Source: Welwitschia mirabilis
Lineage: Eukaryota
Direction of reading: 5' to 3'
Length of the DNA: 60,534 nucleotides
Assembly (NCBI GenBank): GCA_051453625.1
Contig: JBOZIK010000001.1
Coordinates: forward strand, 16,409,801-16,470,334
A model generated the notes under the pieces. It did no database searches, was not told where the DNA came from, and saw only the letters and a list, made by a program, of their open reading frames with translations. Made by a program: the position numbers and the translations under genes. Positions 11,937 through 25,429 of this stretch are shown piece after piece (position 1 is the stretch's first letter; every line of letters starts with the position of its first letter).

Positions 11937-13544
11937 TGATAATTAATTAACCTTAGAGAAAAGGGGTAAACAAGTTTCACCAAATAAAATTTAAACTAAT
12001 AACAAAATGAAAATACATAATAATAATACTTCTTACTAAGATAACATGGTTCCCTAACCTCGGTACATCCACACATAGAGGATAGATTTTACTCGCACCT
12101 CTAGATATTATTGACTTATAAAAAAAAGTGGCTTACTGGTGCATTACTAATCTTACAACAAATAAGAGTTCCTTCACAAGGTAGAACTCTCTTCTCTTTA
12201 AGGGAGTAGTAGTTTTTAAAGGAACACCATGAATCTATACAATAGTGAGAGTCTTCTTGCAAAGTAGCACTTTCTTCCTCATGATGAAATAATGGTTTTC
12301 TTTCTTATTAATAATCTTACATTAAATGAAAATATTCTTATAAGGTACCACTCTTTTCTCCTCAAGGGAATAATGGTTTTCATAGGAGCACCATAACCTT
12401 TTTAATAGTGAAAGTCTCTTTATAAGATAGCACTCTCTCCCTCATAAGGAAATAATTATTTTCTAGCTTACCAATAACCTTACATTAAGTAAGTGCATAA
12501 AAGTATAATATCAAATGTACACTCCTACAAAGATTGGCTTAGAAGGTATTTGATATTTAAGAAATTTAACTTTAAATAATATTTAATCATAATATAGTCA
12601 ACAATGTAAATCCTAATACAATACAATAACACACTTGAAGATATTACTTTTATGAAGATTTGAGATTCTTGAAGTTATTTTTATTATCACAAATATGAAT
12701 GATAATGCAATAATGTAGATCCAACATCAAATAGTGAAAGCAATACAAGCTTCTAGGTAATAAATCCTTAGATTTCTTCATGAAAATTCCTTTACTCATA
12801 TGTTTGAAGATTTGTGTACTTATTTGATTTAATGAACTGCCTAAAAAATTTCTTTATTTTGTGATGTTGAGGCTTTACAAGGTTAAACAAGATCTAGTAT
12901 TTTTAGCTTGAAAGGTAGCCATTTTATTTCATAACCACCATGTAATGTATAGTTAATGTCTATGCTTTGGGTGCTTAACTTTAATTTTCATTGACATAAA
13001 ATTTGGTAGATGTCTTTACTCCAGATGGATTTACTTTTATAGATGTCTCTAGTTAACTTATCCAAATTTTGATGAAATTTACACTATAGTATCCTTATGC
13101 ATTCGTGATCATGAATTTATGATGTATAAGTTCATGTCTCACCTAAAATGTAATATATTAGTTGAAAACCAATTTGACTTTGTCAACTGTTTTAGCTCAG
13201 TATAAATGTCTTTGAACATGTAAACGTCTTCATCTAGGTTAAGTTCAACCTTCAGCTTAGTCATCTTGAATAAAATAGTTATCTTTTAGCCTATAACTTA
13301 TTTTTAGTACATGCAAGATGTCTTTGAATTTTTAGATATCTTTACTTGAGACATATTCATGTTTCTAGATGTCTTTAAACAATTGATTCTTCTATTTAGC
13401 ATCTAATCCTTTTCATCAGATGTTGTCTCTAAAGATCCATCATGATCTAGTTCCTATCAAGGTATGATATACCTATAATGATCTATCAATGTCATGATAT
13501 AAAATGTTTAATAAGTGGAATCATCAAAACTAGATTTACTAACA
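11937..13544 (-). repeat. 5' LTR of the SIRE element
   Basis: On minus it starts TGTTAG and ends ...TATCA, with a C-rich tract near the 3' end, followed by the PBS. Homologous to 4171-5783. Confidence 0.9.
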
Positions 13545-13954
13545 TGGAATCATTCTTTAGAATGTCCAAAGTGTATAAGTTTATCCTTTAGTTATGGGGC
13601 AAAGTTAAGGCATTATTCTTAGAAAAGATTATTTGTTTATCTTATACTTTTATAAATTCCTTGAATGGATTGCTTACATTGAAAAATCTCATAAACAAAA
13701 GTATAAAGCCCTTTTTTGTAAAGTAACTAGCACCACTGCTTCTAAAATAAGTGCCACCACTAATAATGATTGGCACAACTTTATCTTTTTCCACAATGCT
13801 CTAGATGATATGATAGTCTTGAGGTAGATTATTAGTGAAAATGAATTTTTATAACCTTAAGTATAGTAAATAGATAAAAGAATTAAAATAATTAATTAAA
13901 CATGCTAATAAGACCTATATTTTATAATGCAAATGATAATTTTTTCATGTTATT

Positions 13955-14858
13955 AATAGAGTATAGAGAAAGAGAGGAGAGATGGAGGGGAAAAGAAGAA
14001 AAGATAAGAGCAAATGAAGAAAAGAGGAAAAAGAAAAGAAAAAAAATTAGAGAAGAGAGAAGTAAAGAAAAATTGAGTGAGAAAATAAAGATGAACCATA
14101 ATGGAAGAAGGGGAGAGTAATGAAAAGGAAAAAGTAAGAAAAACTAAGGAGGAGGAAAAGAGAAAGAGATAAAATAAAGGAAAGAGAAAAAAATACTGGA
14201 AGAACACTTATCTTAGATGCTCATGATGGAAGTCATCTTTTCACTTACTATGGAAGGTTAGTTATTTGAAAACTAATATTTCTAGCATCCTTAATTGAGA
14301 CTTGATGCTATTAAAACCTTAATGTAAGAAGAAGTAAAGGATTAGCACCAAAAGATTGAATATTTATTATCAAAATGAGATTAGGATTCCAAGGATCTTA
14401 GAGGTCGAGTTAGAGGGACAAAAATTAAGGAGGGCCAAGGTTTTATGGCTTGGACATGAAATTATAGGAATTTCATTCCTAATTAATGGAAATTGAGGCT
14501 TTTGAGGTTGGGGAAAGGGGAGGCAGAGAGGGGGAAGTGTTGTGGAAAGAAGGGGGATGAACGAAAGATGAAACTAAGGGACAAAACTTTGGTATTCTTA
14601 AGGTCAAGGAGGGATCAAGGAAAGATGAACCCAATGGATGGAATTTTATGATTCTTGAGGTTAAATAGATGTTAAGAAAAGATGGAAAAGGGAGGAAAAG
14701 TAAAGGGGAAAAGGGAAAAAGGTGAGAAGAATAAGAAGGAATTAATCATAGATAAGAAAGAGAAAAAACCTAGGAGAGGAAAGAAATGAGGAATAAAGGG
14801 TAGGTAGTGAGATGTGAAAAGGTCCCCTAAGTATCAAAGATAACGTTGGATCACAACA
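13955..14858 (-). repeat. Partial 3' LTR of the Tat-like element
   Basis: Shares a purine-rich tract, GAAGTCAT..TCACTTA..TTATTTGAAAACTA, GGGAGGAAAAGTAAAGG and a terminal CACAACA/CATAATA with 25430-26379. Confidence 0.7.
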
Positions 14859-17427
14859 CTTAGCCACCTCCAAACATCCATGATAGAGAATGAAAGGGGT
14901 AGAAGAATGATGAAAAGGTAAATAGGGATTAGGATGTAGGTTTTTAATTAGGATTAAGTTAACCATGACTAAGTAAAAAAACTAAGATGAAGCACTTTTT
15001 TAATAAGGGGTTCATATAAGAACATGAAAAACCTTAGTTGATAATTATAAAAGGGATGGGGTTTCGATTTTATAGCTCATATTTTATAGTTTTACTTTGA
15101 AGTTTTAACCTAAAGATCACATGACTTTACTTTATTATGATCATAACTATTCAACCAATAAAATATACTATGAGAGTGAGATCCTCTTCTTGCACTACAA
15201 AAGAGGAAACTCCAATATTGTTCTTAGATATAATAAGTGAGTGAACATATTTTGATTTCCTTTTAATAGAGTTACATTTTATTCTTATCCTCTTACAATA
15301 GGAATTAATGGAATCTTATTGTTATTCTGCTCTAGTAGGAATGATTCTAACAATTATTCATTTGTATCAATAGGTAATAGTTTTTTACCTTAGAAGGAAG
15401 GGGTAGCAAAAGCATGACACTATGAACTACTTCTTTCTCTTCTATCTTATAAGAGATAATGAAGAGCTAGGGAGGCACTTGAAAAAGTTAGGTTTATATG
15501 GATTGATATACTTTCTAGTATTTAATATGTTCCTTCATTAGGTTGAGAACATCACAAATAATGACAACCTAATTTAGAGGAAGATCTAGCTTTCTACTAT
15601 CTACACCTAGTGGATTCCAAAGTCATTACACATAAGAATTGCTTTTCTTGTAAAGAACATTAGCCAAATGTTCTATTTATCTTCCCATAAGTAGGAGAAC
15701 ATTCAACCCCTTTGAGTATTAATAACTAAGAACTTGATAAGTCTTCATAAAGAATGAAAGCATTCTCAGGTCCTAGTTTAGTTATTATAGAGTAACAAGA
15801 GGATTCTAGTGCACCTATTATGATGTAACCCAGTAAATGAGCCTACATACCTCCTCTGAATTTCTATGGCTGATAAGAAACTCATATCCCCTAAGTAATA
15901 TTTTAAATAATGTATGAAGTGGTAAGTCATGTTATTCTATTTGCTTAGGTGAAGCATATTTGGGATAATGTGGCAAGAATTCTAATTCATTGTTAAAAGA
16001 ATGAAAAGGTGATCTATGTAACTTCTTTTTATACTTAGGTAATGCATTTTTGGTTAACTAGAAAGATTATCCATCATAATGTGGTGGCTTTCCTAAAGGA
16101 TGGAAAGTCAACTTTGGGAGATTACTTCTTCTTAGGTGTGAACCTTTACACAAAAGAGGAACATTTGAAGAAAATTTCATATCAAGTTAAAAGATTAAAG
16201 GAATGAATAGACAACCACAGAGAAGAAGATGGAAAAATATCTTAGAGACTTTTTAAATAAGAAAAGAAAGGGCATATATACTAAGAGATCTTCATTTTAA
16301 AAAAAGGGGAACGCTAAGGATGCTATATTGGATGAGGAAAATCTTCAAATACTAAAGAAGCTATTAGATATAATCTTGTCCTTTATCCTCTTAGTATTCT
16401 TACATAATCTTCTTTATGTGATTATGTGCTTTTTATTGTAGATAAGAAAGACTTACTTCTACTCCTTGGGAAGGAGACATATTCTCTAGGAGGAGTTTTA
16501 AGTTTTGGTAGTAAAAAAAATATAGTGTTACTAAAGGAAGATAAAGATCCTAAAATGGAAAATATGCCTTCTACTTGTAAGTTAAATTTCATTTTTTCTC
16601 TTGATGAAATCATTTTATGGTACCTATTTTTATTATCTTCTAATCTCTTCATTCATTAACCTAGTGACATGAAGAAAGGATTTTCATTTCTCGATGGAGG
16701 TGAATATTTCTTTCAAGCTAGTATTATACACTTTAGTGGTTCTCTTCAAGTTTTATAGATGATACAAAGAAGAGAAACAACAAAAATTAGCAAGATATGC
16801 ATTCTAGATGAAGGTAATAATGTAGAGAATAAAGGAAGTAAAAGCTAAAAAATACAAGGTAGAAAGACTAAAAGAGATAGTGAAAAGTTGTTCAAGTAAT
16901 TCAAGGGGAACATACATTAAAAGGTACTACATCTAAAGGAAGATCTTAAGAAGGCTAGAAAAGTAGCAAAATGCCTTCATCATATAGTAGAGAAATAAGT
17001 AAAAAATAGGAATATATGTACTAAGCTATTTTATATTTAAGTTCATCCTATTCCTCTTGAGAGTTTGTAAAACTAGTATGTTGAGTCCGCAGAAGAAGAG
17101 CCTTGTGATTTTGACTAAAGTCATTAAAGGCTATATTCCTCCTATTTATTACTNNNNNNNNNNNNNNNNNNNNNNNNNNAGAAATGCCTACCTTTCTTTT
17201 ACTTTTGATCTTATGAATTTGAGTTTGTAAGAGGAGGAATCCTTCATCTTTCTGTATAACAGCTTTATGTCTGATATGAAATTCTTTTTATTTTTTTCTA
17301 AGAATTAATCTATCTTATCTTGTGAAAATAATTAACTCTAAAAACTTCTAACTGCTAGTAATAAAAACTTCTATATACATATTTACATACTTTCTACTAA
17401 CTCTTTATTACATATGGGAGATGCTAG

Positions 17428-20400
17428 TGGTTCTAAATGAAATCCATTATAAGTATTAGAAAGCTTCCTTCCTTGTGGGTCTACTAGCTATAAATCCTAG
17501 TTTCATATAAAAAAGGCTATTCAATAAGGCTCCAACTAGAGAGGTAAAAAATTTTAATGAGTATCTTTTTTGCTACTCTATGTCTTACAAAACTAAGTTT
17601 CCAATATGGAATCCCTTAAATGTAGCTATTTTTTCAAACCATCTTTTCATAGTGTTCCAATATTTGAGCATGGAGTGGAGGGCTTCATTATGAGTATCCT
17701 ATAGCTTGCATAAGACTAGCTTCTTATCTAATAAATCCTCATATGAGATGAGGTAGTTCTTCATAAAATCATAATTCAATGGCTATGTAAGGTCTTTCAC
17801 CATATACTAGGTAATATGGGCTAGATTTAATGCCAACTTTATATTTAGTTTGTTGGTGCATAAGGCATACTTGATGAGGATATGCTAATTTCTTGGTCTA
17901 TTTTGTATCATGGACTTTGCACATTCATAAAAAAAGGCTCTTCTTTTGCTACTAATGAAGAGATGAAGGATGTAGTAATAACTATCTTCTTAATTTCCAT
18001 TAGGAGGCTATTATTCAAAGACTTTGCTAATCCATTCCCCTTTAGGTAATACTTCATCAAGGGCTAAAAGAAATATGTTCAACTTAGCATTACTCTACAA
18101 AAGGAATATAGGTAAAGGCATTTCCATTATCATATATTAGTGCATAAGGACGTCTAAAATAAGTGATAATTTTCCTCTTAAGGAAGTCTATGAATGTGTC
18201 TATGTTTGATTATCAAGTATATTTAGCTTCCATTCAATGTATAGAATAATTTAGGATAGTGAGAATAGTAATCTAATGAGGAAGTAGGATAGATTTTACT
18301 AATGAATTTTAGTTCCTACATAAAAAGGTTAGGTCTTGAAGATAGGAAGTAGTGTTAGAGCTAGATTGTAATCCTTCAATATATACCATGAGCAAACATC
18401 ATAAGCCTAGGCGTTCATGTATGTATCTTTCACCATGATAGGCTAGTAATATCCTACCTGCATTATCTATGTAGCTAATAATCTTGTGGAAGTATTACTT
18501 TTAACTATTTTATCATGGAACTCTCATAGTAGGTCCTATGCTTCATTTGAAGTAGTACATCTAGGATAGATGTTATCATAGATTCTACAAAAATGAACTC
18601 CATTAATATAAAATTACTAACCTTAAATTCCTTTCTAAATAATATTAAGTCATTGTCTGAGAGCGATTTATTGATGAGATAATGATAGATTTACTTATAC
18701 TAGGAGATAGCTATATATTTTACAAAACATGTAGGAAAAGGAAGAGCTTTATCTATTGGTGCTTCTACTTTTGTGTGAATTATCAAGAGATTTCTTGCTA
18801 AATCTATCCCTTCAACTAGATATATATAAATGAGAGGTAAGTGTTGTACTCTTATAGCTTTGAGATCCACTTGGAACTTTTTAGATTTTAGTCTTTTTCT
18901 TATAAGAGAGCCTTTATTGTAGGTTCATAACTATTTACCAAATCTTGGCTTTCATGATGTAGTGTCTAAATATTTTGAGTGCCTTTATGAGAGTGCATAT
19001 CTATTTATTCAAGTATTGATAGGATATCTCAATGTTAAAAAAAGGATTAGTCATAAATGAGATTAGTNNNNNNNNNNNNNNNNNNNNNNNNNNNNNNNNN
19101 NNNNNNNNNNNNNNNNNNNNNNNNNNNNNNNNNNNNNNNNNNNNNNNNNNNNNNNNNNNNNNNNNNNNNNNNNNNNNNNNNNNNNNNNNNNNNNNNNNNN
19201 NNNNNNNNNNNNNNNNNNNNNNNNNNNNNNNNNNNNNNNNNNNNNNNNNNNNNNNNNNNNNNNNNNNNNNNNNNNNNNNNNNNNNNNNNNNNNNNNNNNN
19301 NNNNNNNNNNNNNNNNNNNNNNNNNNNNNNNNNNNNNNNNNNNNNNNNNNNNNNNNNNNNNNNNNNNNNNNNNNNNNNNNNNNNNNNNNNNNNNNNNNNN
19401 NNNNNNNNNNNNNNNNNNNNNNNNNNNNNNNNNNNNNNNNNNNNNNNNNNNNNNNNNNNNNNNNNNNNNNNNNNNNNNNNNNNNNNNNNNNNNNNNNNNN
19501 NNNNNNNNNNNNNNNNNNNNNNNNNNNNNNNNNNNNNNNNNNNNNNNNNNNNNNNNNNNNNNNNNNNNNNNNNNNNNNNNNNNNNNNNNNNNNNNNNNNN
19601 NNNNNNNNNNNNNNNNNNNNNNNNNNNNNNNNNNNNNNNNNNNNNNNNNNNNNNNNNNNNNNNNNNNNNNNNNNNNNNNNNNNNNNNNNNNNNNNNNNNN
19701 NNNNNCCTTCCAAATCTTTATTCTTTTGGGTAAGAACTACTGCAGTGATACACTCGAAAGCCCAAGTATAAATAAGGAATTCTTTTAAGAAGTCATGAAT
19801 TATTAACTTTAAAAATGATTATACTACTTTCTTGATTAGTTCAAATACCTTTTTGCCTTTTGAGATCCATACAAATCTGACATCCTTATTTAGAAGTGGC
19901 ATGATGGTTATCACTATCTTTGCAAAGCTAAGGATAAGACATTATACTAAGTTAATTTTTTCTAAAAATAATTAAATCTCTTTGAGAAATCCTAGGAGTG
20001 GGGTCTTTTGAATGGATGTATGCATTCTGGATCTACTTCCATGCCTTAGTTTGAGAAGAGATGTTCTATAAGCTTACTTAAGCTAATAGCAATGATACTC
20101 TTCTTTGGGTTAAGGGAGATACCAAACTCTCTAAAATGTAAAAACAACTTCCTAAGGTTTCACACATGATCTTCTCACTTGTTTAAGTAGATTGTAATGT
20201 CATCCACCCAGATGACTATACATTTATGAGTTATCCCTACTAGTGTTTATTCCATAAATATCTAGAAGGTAGATCTAGTATTAATCAAGCCAAATGACAT
20301 TATTTTGTAAGAAAGATTCTCCATTTAGTGATGAAAGATATTTTGATCTAGTCTTAGTTAGCTACTTGATTTAACTATAACTAAGGAATACATCTTAAAA

Positions 20401-22110
20401 GAAAAACATTTAAATACCTAATACCTTCTCTAATACTTCATTCATACTTGGAGTAAGGTAGTTGTCTTTGATATAAGAATCTTTAAAAAGGAAAACATTT
20501 AATACCTAATACCTTTTCTAGTAATTCATTCATAAATGGAAGTTCATGTAAATAAGAATCTTTCCACTCTTATTTTTAATGAAAAAACAAGGTTGACTAC
20601 CCATGTGGTATTTCTAATAGAATAGATGATGTCTAATTCAAAGATCCTATCGATTTTTTAGATCATCCAAGACTAGGTTCATCCTCCTCTTTTTCTACTT
20701 AAATTACTTGAATCATATGGATGAATATCTAATGATAAAACCCCTTAAATATTCATTTAAACAAGTGAAGACATCCTTAAACGCTTGATAGAGAGATAAT
20801 ATGACTTAACTTTCTTAGGTGAAACATTTTATTTCAATCTTAGTGATCTTTGATTCTTGTAGAAAATCTAGGTTAACTACATCTACCTCATTATTCATGT
20901 AAGGGTGGGGCAAAGGAAGATTTGATCATGAATAAAACAATATCTTTAGTTAGATGAAATGTGAAATTTTATTATTGTAAAGTTATAGCATGTTATGATG
21001 GTGAATTTTCCATCCTTTTTTGAGTATTCCTCTTCATCCAACATCTACTTCTTAAACTAATCTTGATTGCATATAAATCTCAAAATCTACCCATCTCCTT
21101 TAATTACTTAAAGGTCTAAGATGTTTTCTAGGAATAATTTCTTCATGAGGGTATGAATTTAAATTTCTTAAATAATAGGATCTTTTACTAGAATTCCTCT
21201 TGTAGCTAATGCTCTTATCTTATCTACTAACGAGTTCTTCCATCATAAGATCTTAGTGATAGATCACTTCATGAATCGGTCTTAGGAGGTTAAGAACTCT
21301 TACCTATACATCTTTAACATGTGATTGTGTATTAGTTAATTACAACTTTAGAATATCCAAAAATTTAAACTTTCCATACCTTATTTTTAAGCACATCCTT
21401 TAGAATTCAAAATATGATCAGAAGCCTTATGTAATGCTAGGAATTCAACTTTGAAATCCTTCTAGAGGCTGTGTTTAGCCATATACTTAAGGAATATTCC
21501 TATTCATCTGTCTTATGCCTTGGTAGCTCAATTAGAGAATATAGATCAAGCATTTTTTCTTAATTCATAGGCTTAAGGATCTAGATTTGATTCAGATTTT
21601 GGTATTACCTATTGATATCATAGAGTTAGGTTTTGAGGATAAAGTCTCTAATGGGATCTTCTAGATTGATCTTCCTCTCATCATAAGTAGTGATTTTGTA
21701 CTTTAGATAGGGCTCCATTTCAACATGTACATGATTGGGAACTCCATTATAGGATATCCACATGTGTGAGTAATCTAAAAAGATATAAGAATTAAGAAAA
21801 GCCACCTAGAACCTACTCAGTAGAGCATCATATATGGCTAGGATGTTGATGACATAGAATTTTGTAACACTTATGATCTAAAGGTTTAAGGGTAGCTATA
21901 TTTTAACATCCTTAAAAATGCACTGGACTTTAATGTTGGTATGATTAAGCTAGATGATTGCATTACTATGTTCCTATAGAGTTAAGTATAATTTACTGAT
22001 TATCTCCAAGGGAATTACATTGGTAAAATATTCAAAGTCAGTGAGGTAATTGTGGACATTCTTTGTAAACATATAAAGAGTAACTAGGAAAGCTGATACC
22101 TTTTTCCTAG
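17428..22110 (-). pseudogene. pol: Degenerate gypsy pol (protease, additional RNase H, RT, RNase H, integrase)
   Basis: Protease: KNVHNYLTDFEYFTNVIP (about 22015-22070). RT: IMSFGLINTRSTF and VIWVDDITIY (about 20190-20300), then FLGKINL. RH: AVVLTQKNK and KWISKL*EY. Integrase: EFH...VGYY*P zinc finger, YLKGNGLAKSLNN (about 18010-18048) and C-terminal YNGFHLE. Confidence 0.9.
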
Positions 22111-23930
22111 CATTGAAAATAGTGGCCTTCAATTCCAATTCTACTACATTTATTTTAGAAGGTTAATATTATTCTTTCTAAGCACTTGTGGTTATACAGG
22201 CCCATGTAAGCTTCTTCCTTTGATCCTTACTCATCTAAAGGACATCCAAGATAGAGAGGTTATCTTTGCACTTCCTTAGGTCTTCTAATGCATCTTATGA
22301 TGAGGTAGCCTTTTTCAATTATTTAGCTATCACTTTTGAAGGTTCATTTATTAAGGCTAAAGGATAATATATTTCATCCTTATAGGATGGTGAAGAATCA
22401 GACAAAGAAATCTAGTTGAAAGGAATTGGATTCTTACTAGGTGAAATAGAAATATTGATTGGATCTTTCTTGTTTTCTTTCAATTTTGTTCTACATTTAT
22501 CATTAGATTTTAGTTTCATAACTTCTCTATTTGTGGATATAACTCTTCTAGTATGGAAGTATGTTTAATAAGCTATTATCTCTTCCTCAGTGTTGGTAGG
22601 CTAATTTTTACTTTTGTAACAAATGAAAGAAACATTGAACTCACCTAAAGAGTCTATGATGTTAAAGTAATATATATCTTTAGGATGAGTAGTGAAGGAT
22701 ACAAAGTCATGAGAGGCCTTTATGATTTCCTACATGTGGAAATGATTCTCATAGTTCTTACCTATATCATCTTCCATTTGATGGAATAGAAAGTAATCAT
22801 GAAGAAAAACCAAATTAGAGACTTAATTTGTTGGTTATGGGAATCATTATTTGGGATACCATGCTATATTAGGAAATTACTTTCCTACTTATTACTTATT
22901 CCTTCCTTAATCCCTTTCTTGAGAGGCCTTTAGTTGCTTCATGTCTTAAGTAAGCTTCCTCAGCATGTGTTTAAGTGCTTCGATGTCCCCTTTAATCTCC
23001 AAATTTAAGAATGTATCAGTTTGAATGGTAACTATGTTCTAAAGTTGAGGAATTAGGTTTAGTAGTATATTTGAGAGAGAAGGATTTTGAAAAGAATAAG
23101 ATGAAATACTAGATATGGTTATAGAGAATAACAAATATAAAGGCACTAAGGATGTGGTAAAATATGAAAGTTGAGAAGGTAATGGAGTTTATAAGTTAAC
23201 AAAGGAATTTATAATAGGTAAAGGTATAATATTAAGTAGTGGCAAGATAATGGGTTCAGATGAGTGGGATTATAATGGCTATAATAGATTACTAACATAA
23301 GCCTCTCTAGGAAGATAGCCTTATTCATTAAATCCTACAGACTATTAGGATTAAGCCTCTATTCTAGAAAAAAACATGTCATACCATCCAATGCTTCCTT
23401 ATATATGATCATAATGTAGAAGGCAAAATGCTCGTACTACACATAGAGATTAACATAGATGATTAGGAAGTAGTTAATAAATGCCTTGCTATCTCTATGT
23501 GGTCCTTCTGTATGATCACAAAGTACTAGTGAAGGATTTATGATAATTGAGTAAACAAAACAAATAAAATAAAAAAGGGAAAAGGTAAAGAATATAGAGA
23601 AGAAATGACTTCCTTAAGAAAGGATGTATTCGCTTAGTTTCTTGAAGGTCTTCTTATGATGGGAAAAGTGGAGTCAATCTTGGATGTAGGATTAGATGAT
23701 ATTATAAGGTTTCATTTTTAAGATAAGTAGGTTAGACAAGGTAAGATTCAGATAAAAGAAAAGGGTTCATCTAAAGGGTGATATTCCTTATAGAAATATA
23801 AGGATTAAATTCTTCTTTGTGGAAAGAGGTTGTCTAAATATAGATTCTCTATTCATTGTCTTTGAGGTACTCAGTAAATGAAAGTCTCAAGATATGAAAA
23901 AGAAATAGTGCTTTATTACTAAAATCAAAA

Positions 23931-23942
23931 CTCTCTCTCTCA

Positions 23943-23973
<31 letters not shown>
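23931..23973. repeat. Compound (CT)5(CA)n microsatellite
   Basis: Seen directly. Confidence 0.95.
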
Positions 23974-25429
23974 TTTTTTCCTTCTCACATTTGTGATATG
24001 ATTATATAGTACTTTCCATGTGGAGAAAGAGGAAGAGAAGCTATAATATTACATGAGAAAATGAAAATTGAGAATACAAATAATTAGGATAAATACAAGT
24101 AGATAAGGATATCATTAATATATCTTCTAGCATATTCTAGTATCTTCCTCTAGTAGAGGAGATATATCTGTCTACTAACCTATAGTAAGAGCTATCATGA
24201 AGTTAATGTTAACTATTTAGGAAGTAGATTAAGGGAGAGGAACACCTCTGATTCATAGAAAGATCAATAGGCTAGAGGAGGCATGAGTAATTAAGAAAGA
24301 ATATAAAGAGAACCTCTAGATGTAGGAACCTAAAAGTAGGAGAAAAAGGGAGAGAATGCTCTTTTAAACTAAAAGCAGAAAAGAGGAACTAGCGTAAAAG
24401 AATGGAAAAGGAGTTAAGTAGTAGTAGCCCATGTATGTCTTCATAGATAGCTCTAGGTAGTAATAACTTCGATGGACTAACATGAAAAACTAGTGCTTGA
24501 GATGCTTAAGATTGTTGTCATCATCAGCTAGTAGTTAACATAATTATTGTCATCGATAGGCTATGATCATTAACTAGATCATAGTGGTAAATATGGTAGT
24601 AATAATTATAATGATAATCATTAACATAACAATAGTGATAAATGTAATTAAAATTATTTATATGGTGGCAATCATTAAGATGGGTACTAATCTTACTAAT
24701 AAGGATCATCCCATCAGAATACTGATCTCCTTCATAGGCATCAAGTTGATACTCACTCCATGATGTAGTATCATAAGAGGCTAATTTAACTCTAGAATAC
24801 CCTAGTAATTAGAGGAAATCTTGGGACTCTCTTGGAATTTAAATTAGTGGATCACTATAAATAGGATCTTAAAAGTAGATACTGAGGCAATGATGGATTC
24901 TTGATAATAGCAAAGAGGTAATAACCCAGAGGAGAACCATTAAAGAGGGGTTCCCTAACTACCAAGGAGATGTGAAAATAGATAATGACTAAGGAAGCTA
25001 ATTTTGGAGGGTTTCTAAAGCTTGAGAAGGAGTCAATGAACTATTTAACTTGAGATCTTAGTGTGGAAGAGGGGATTTCCACATCCTAGGATGAAAGAGA
25101 ATTCATTAAAGATTAAAAAGGGGGTTATGGATGTATTAGAAGAAAAGTGAGATGAGGGATAAAACTAGGAAATGTAGGGTGGGAAAGGAAAGGTAGGAAT
25201 ATGAGGAAAAATGAAAAAAGAAAAGAGGAACATTAAGTCTGAGGAGGGAAGTAGGAAAAGAGGTTTTCATAACTATCAAGGTGGAGTAAAAAATTGAGAG
25301 AGCACAAAAAATTAGGTTTTGATAGGTTTTAAGACTAAGGAAGATGTCAAGAAAATAGAGAAGTCCCATATCTAAGGGTGGAGGACCTATTTCACATCTA
25401 GAGCATGAAATTGTAATGTATGAGGAAGT

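Larger units (their letters stand above)
4171..13544 (-). mobile_element. Sirevirus (SIRE/Maximus)-type Ty1/copia LTR retrotransposon, non-autonomous (gag and env-like ORF, no pol)
   Basis: Paired LTRs of about 1.6 kb, a tRNA-iMet PBS, a PPT AAAAAGGGGGAGAT abutting the 3' LTR, a second PPT-like tract near 6583-6612, a copia gag N-terminus with zinc knuckles and a downstream extra ORF. No intact TSD. Confidence 0.85.

Noticed and set aside
23980..24010. Possible decayed PBS/LTR boundary of the Tat-like element
   Set aside because: It needs too many substitutions to match any tRNA 3' end, and the left LTR is too truncated to confirm the boundary.
24524..24709. His/Tyr/Asn-rich short ORF
   Set aside because: Degenerate trinucleotide-like low-complexity sequence within the Tat-like element.
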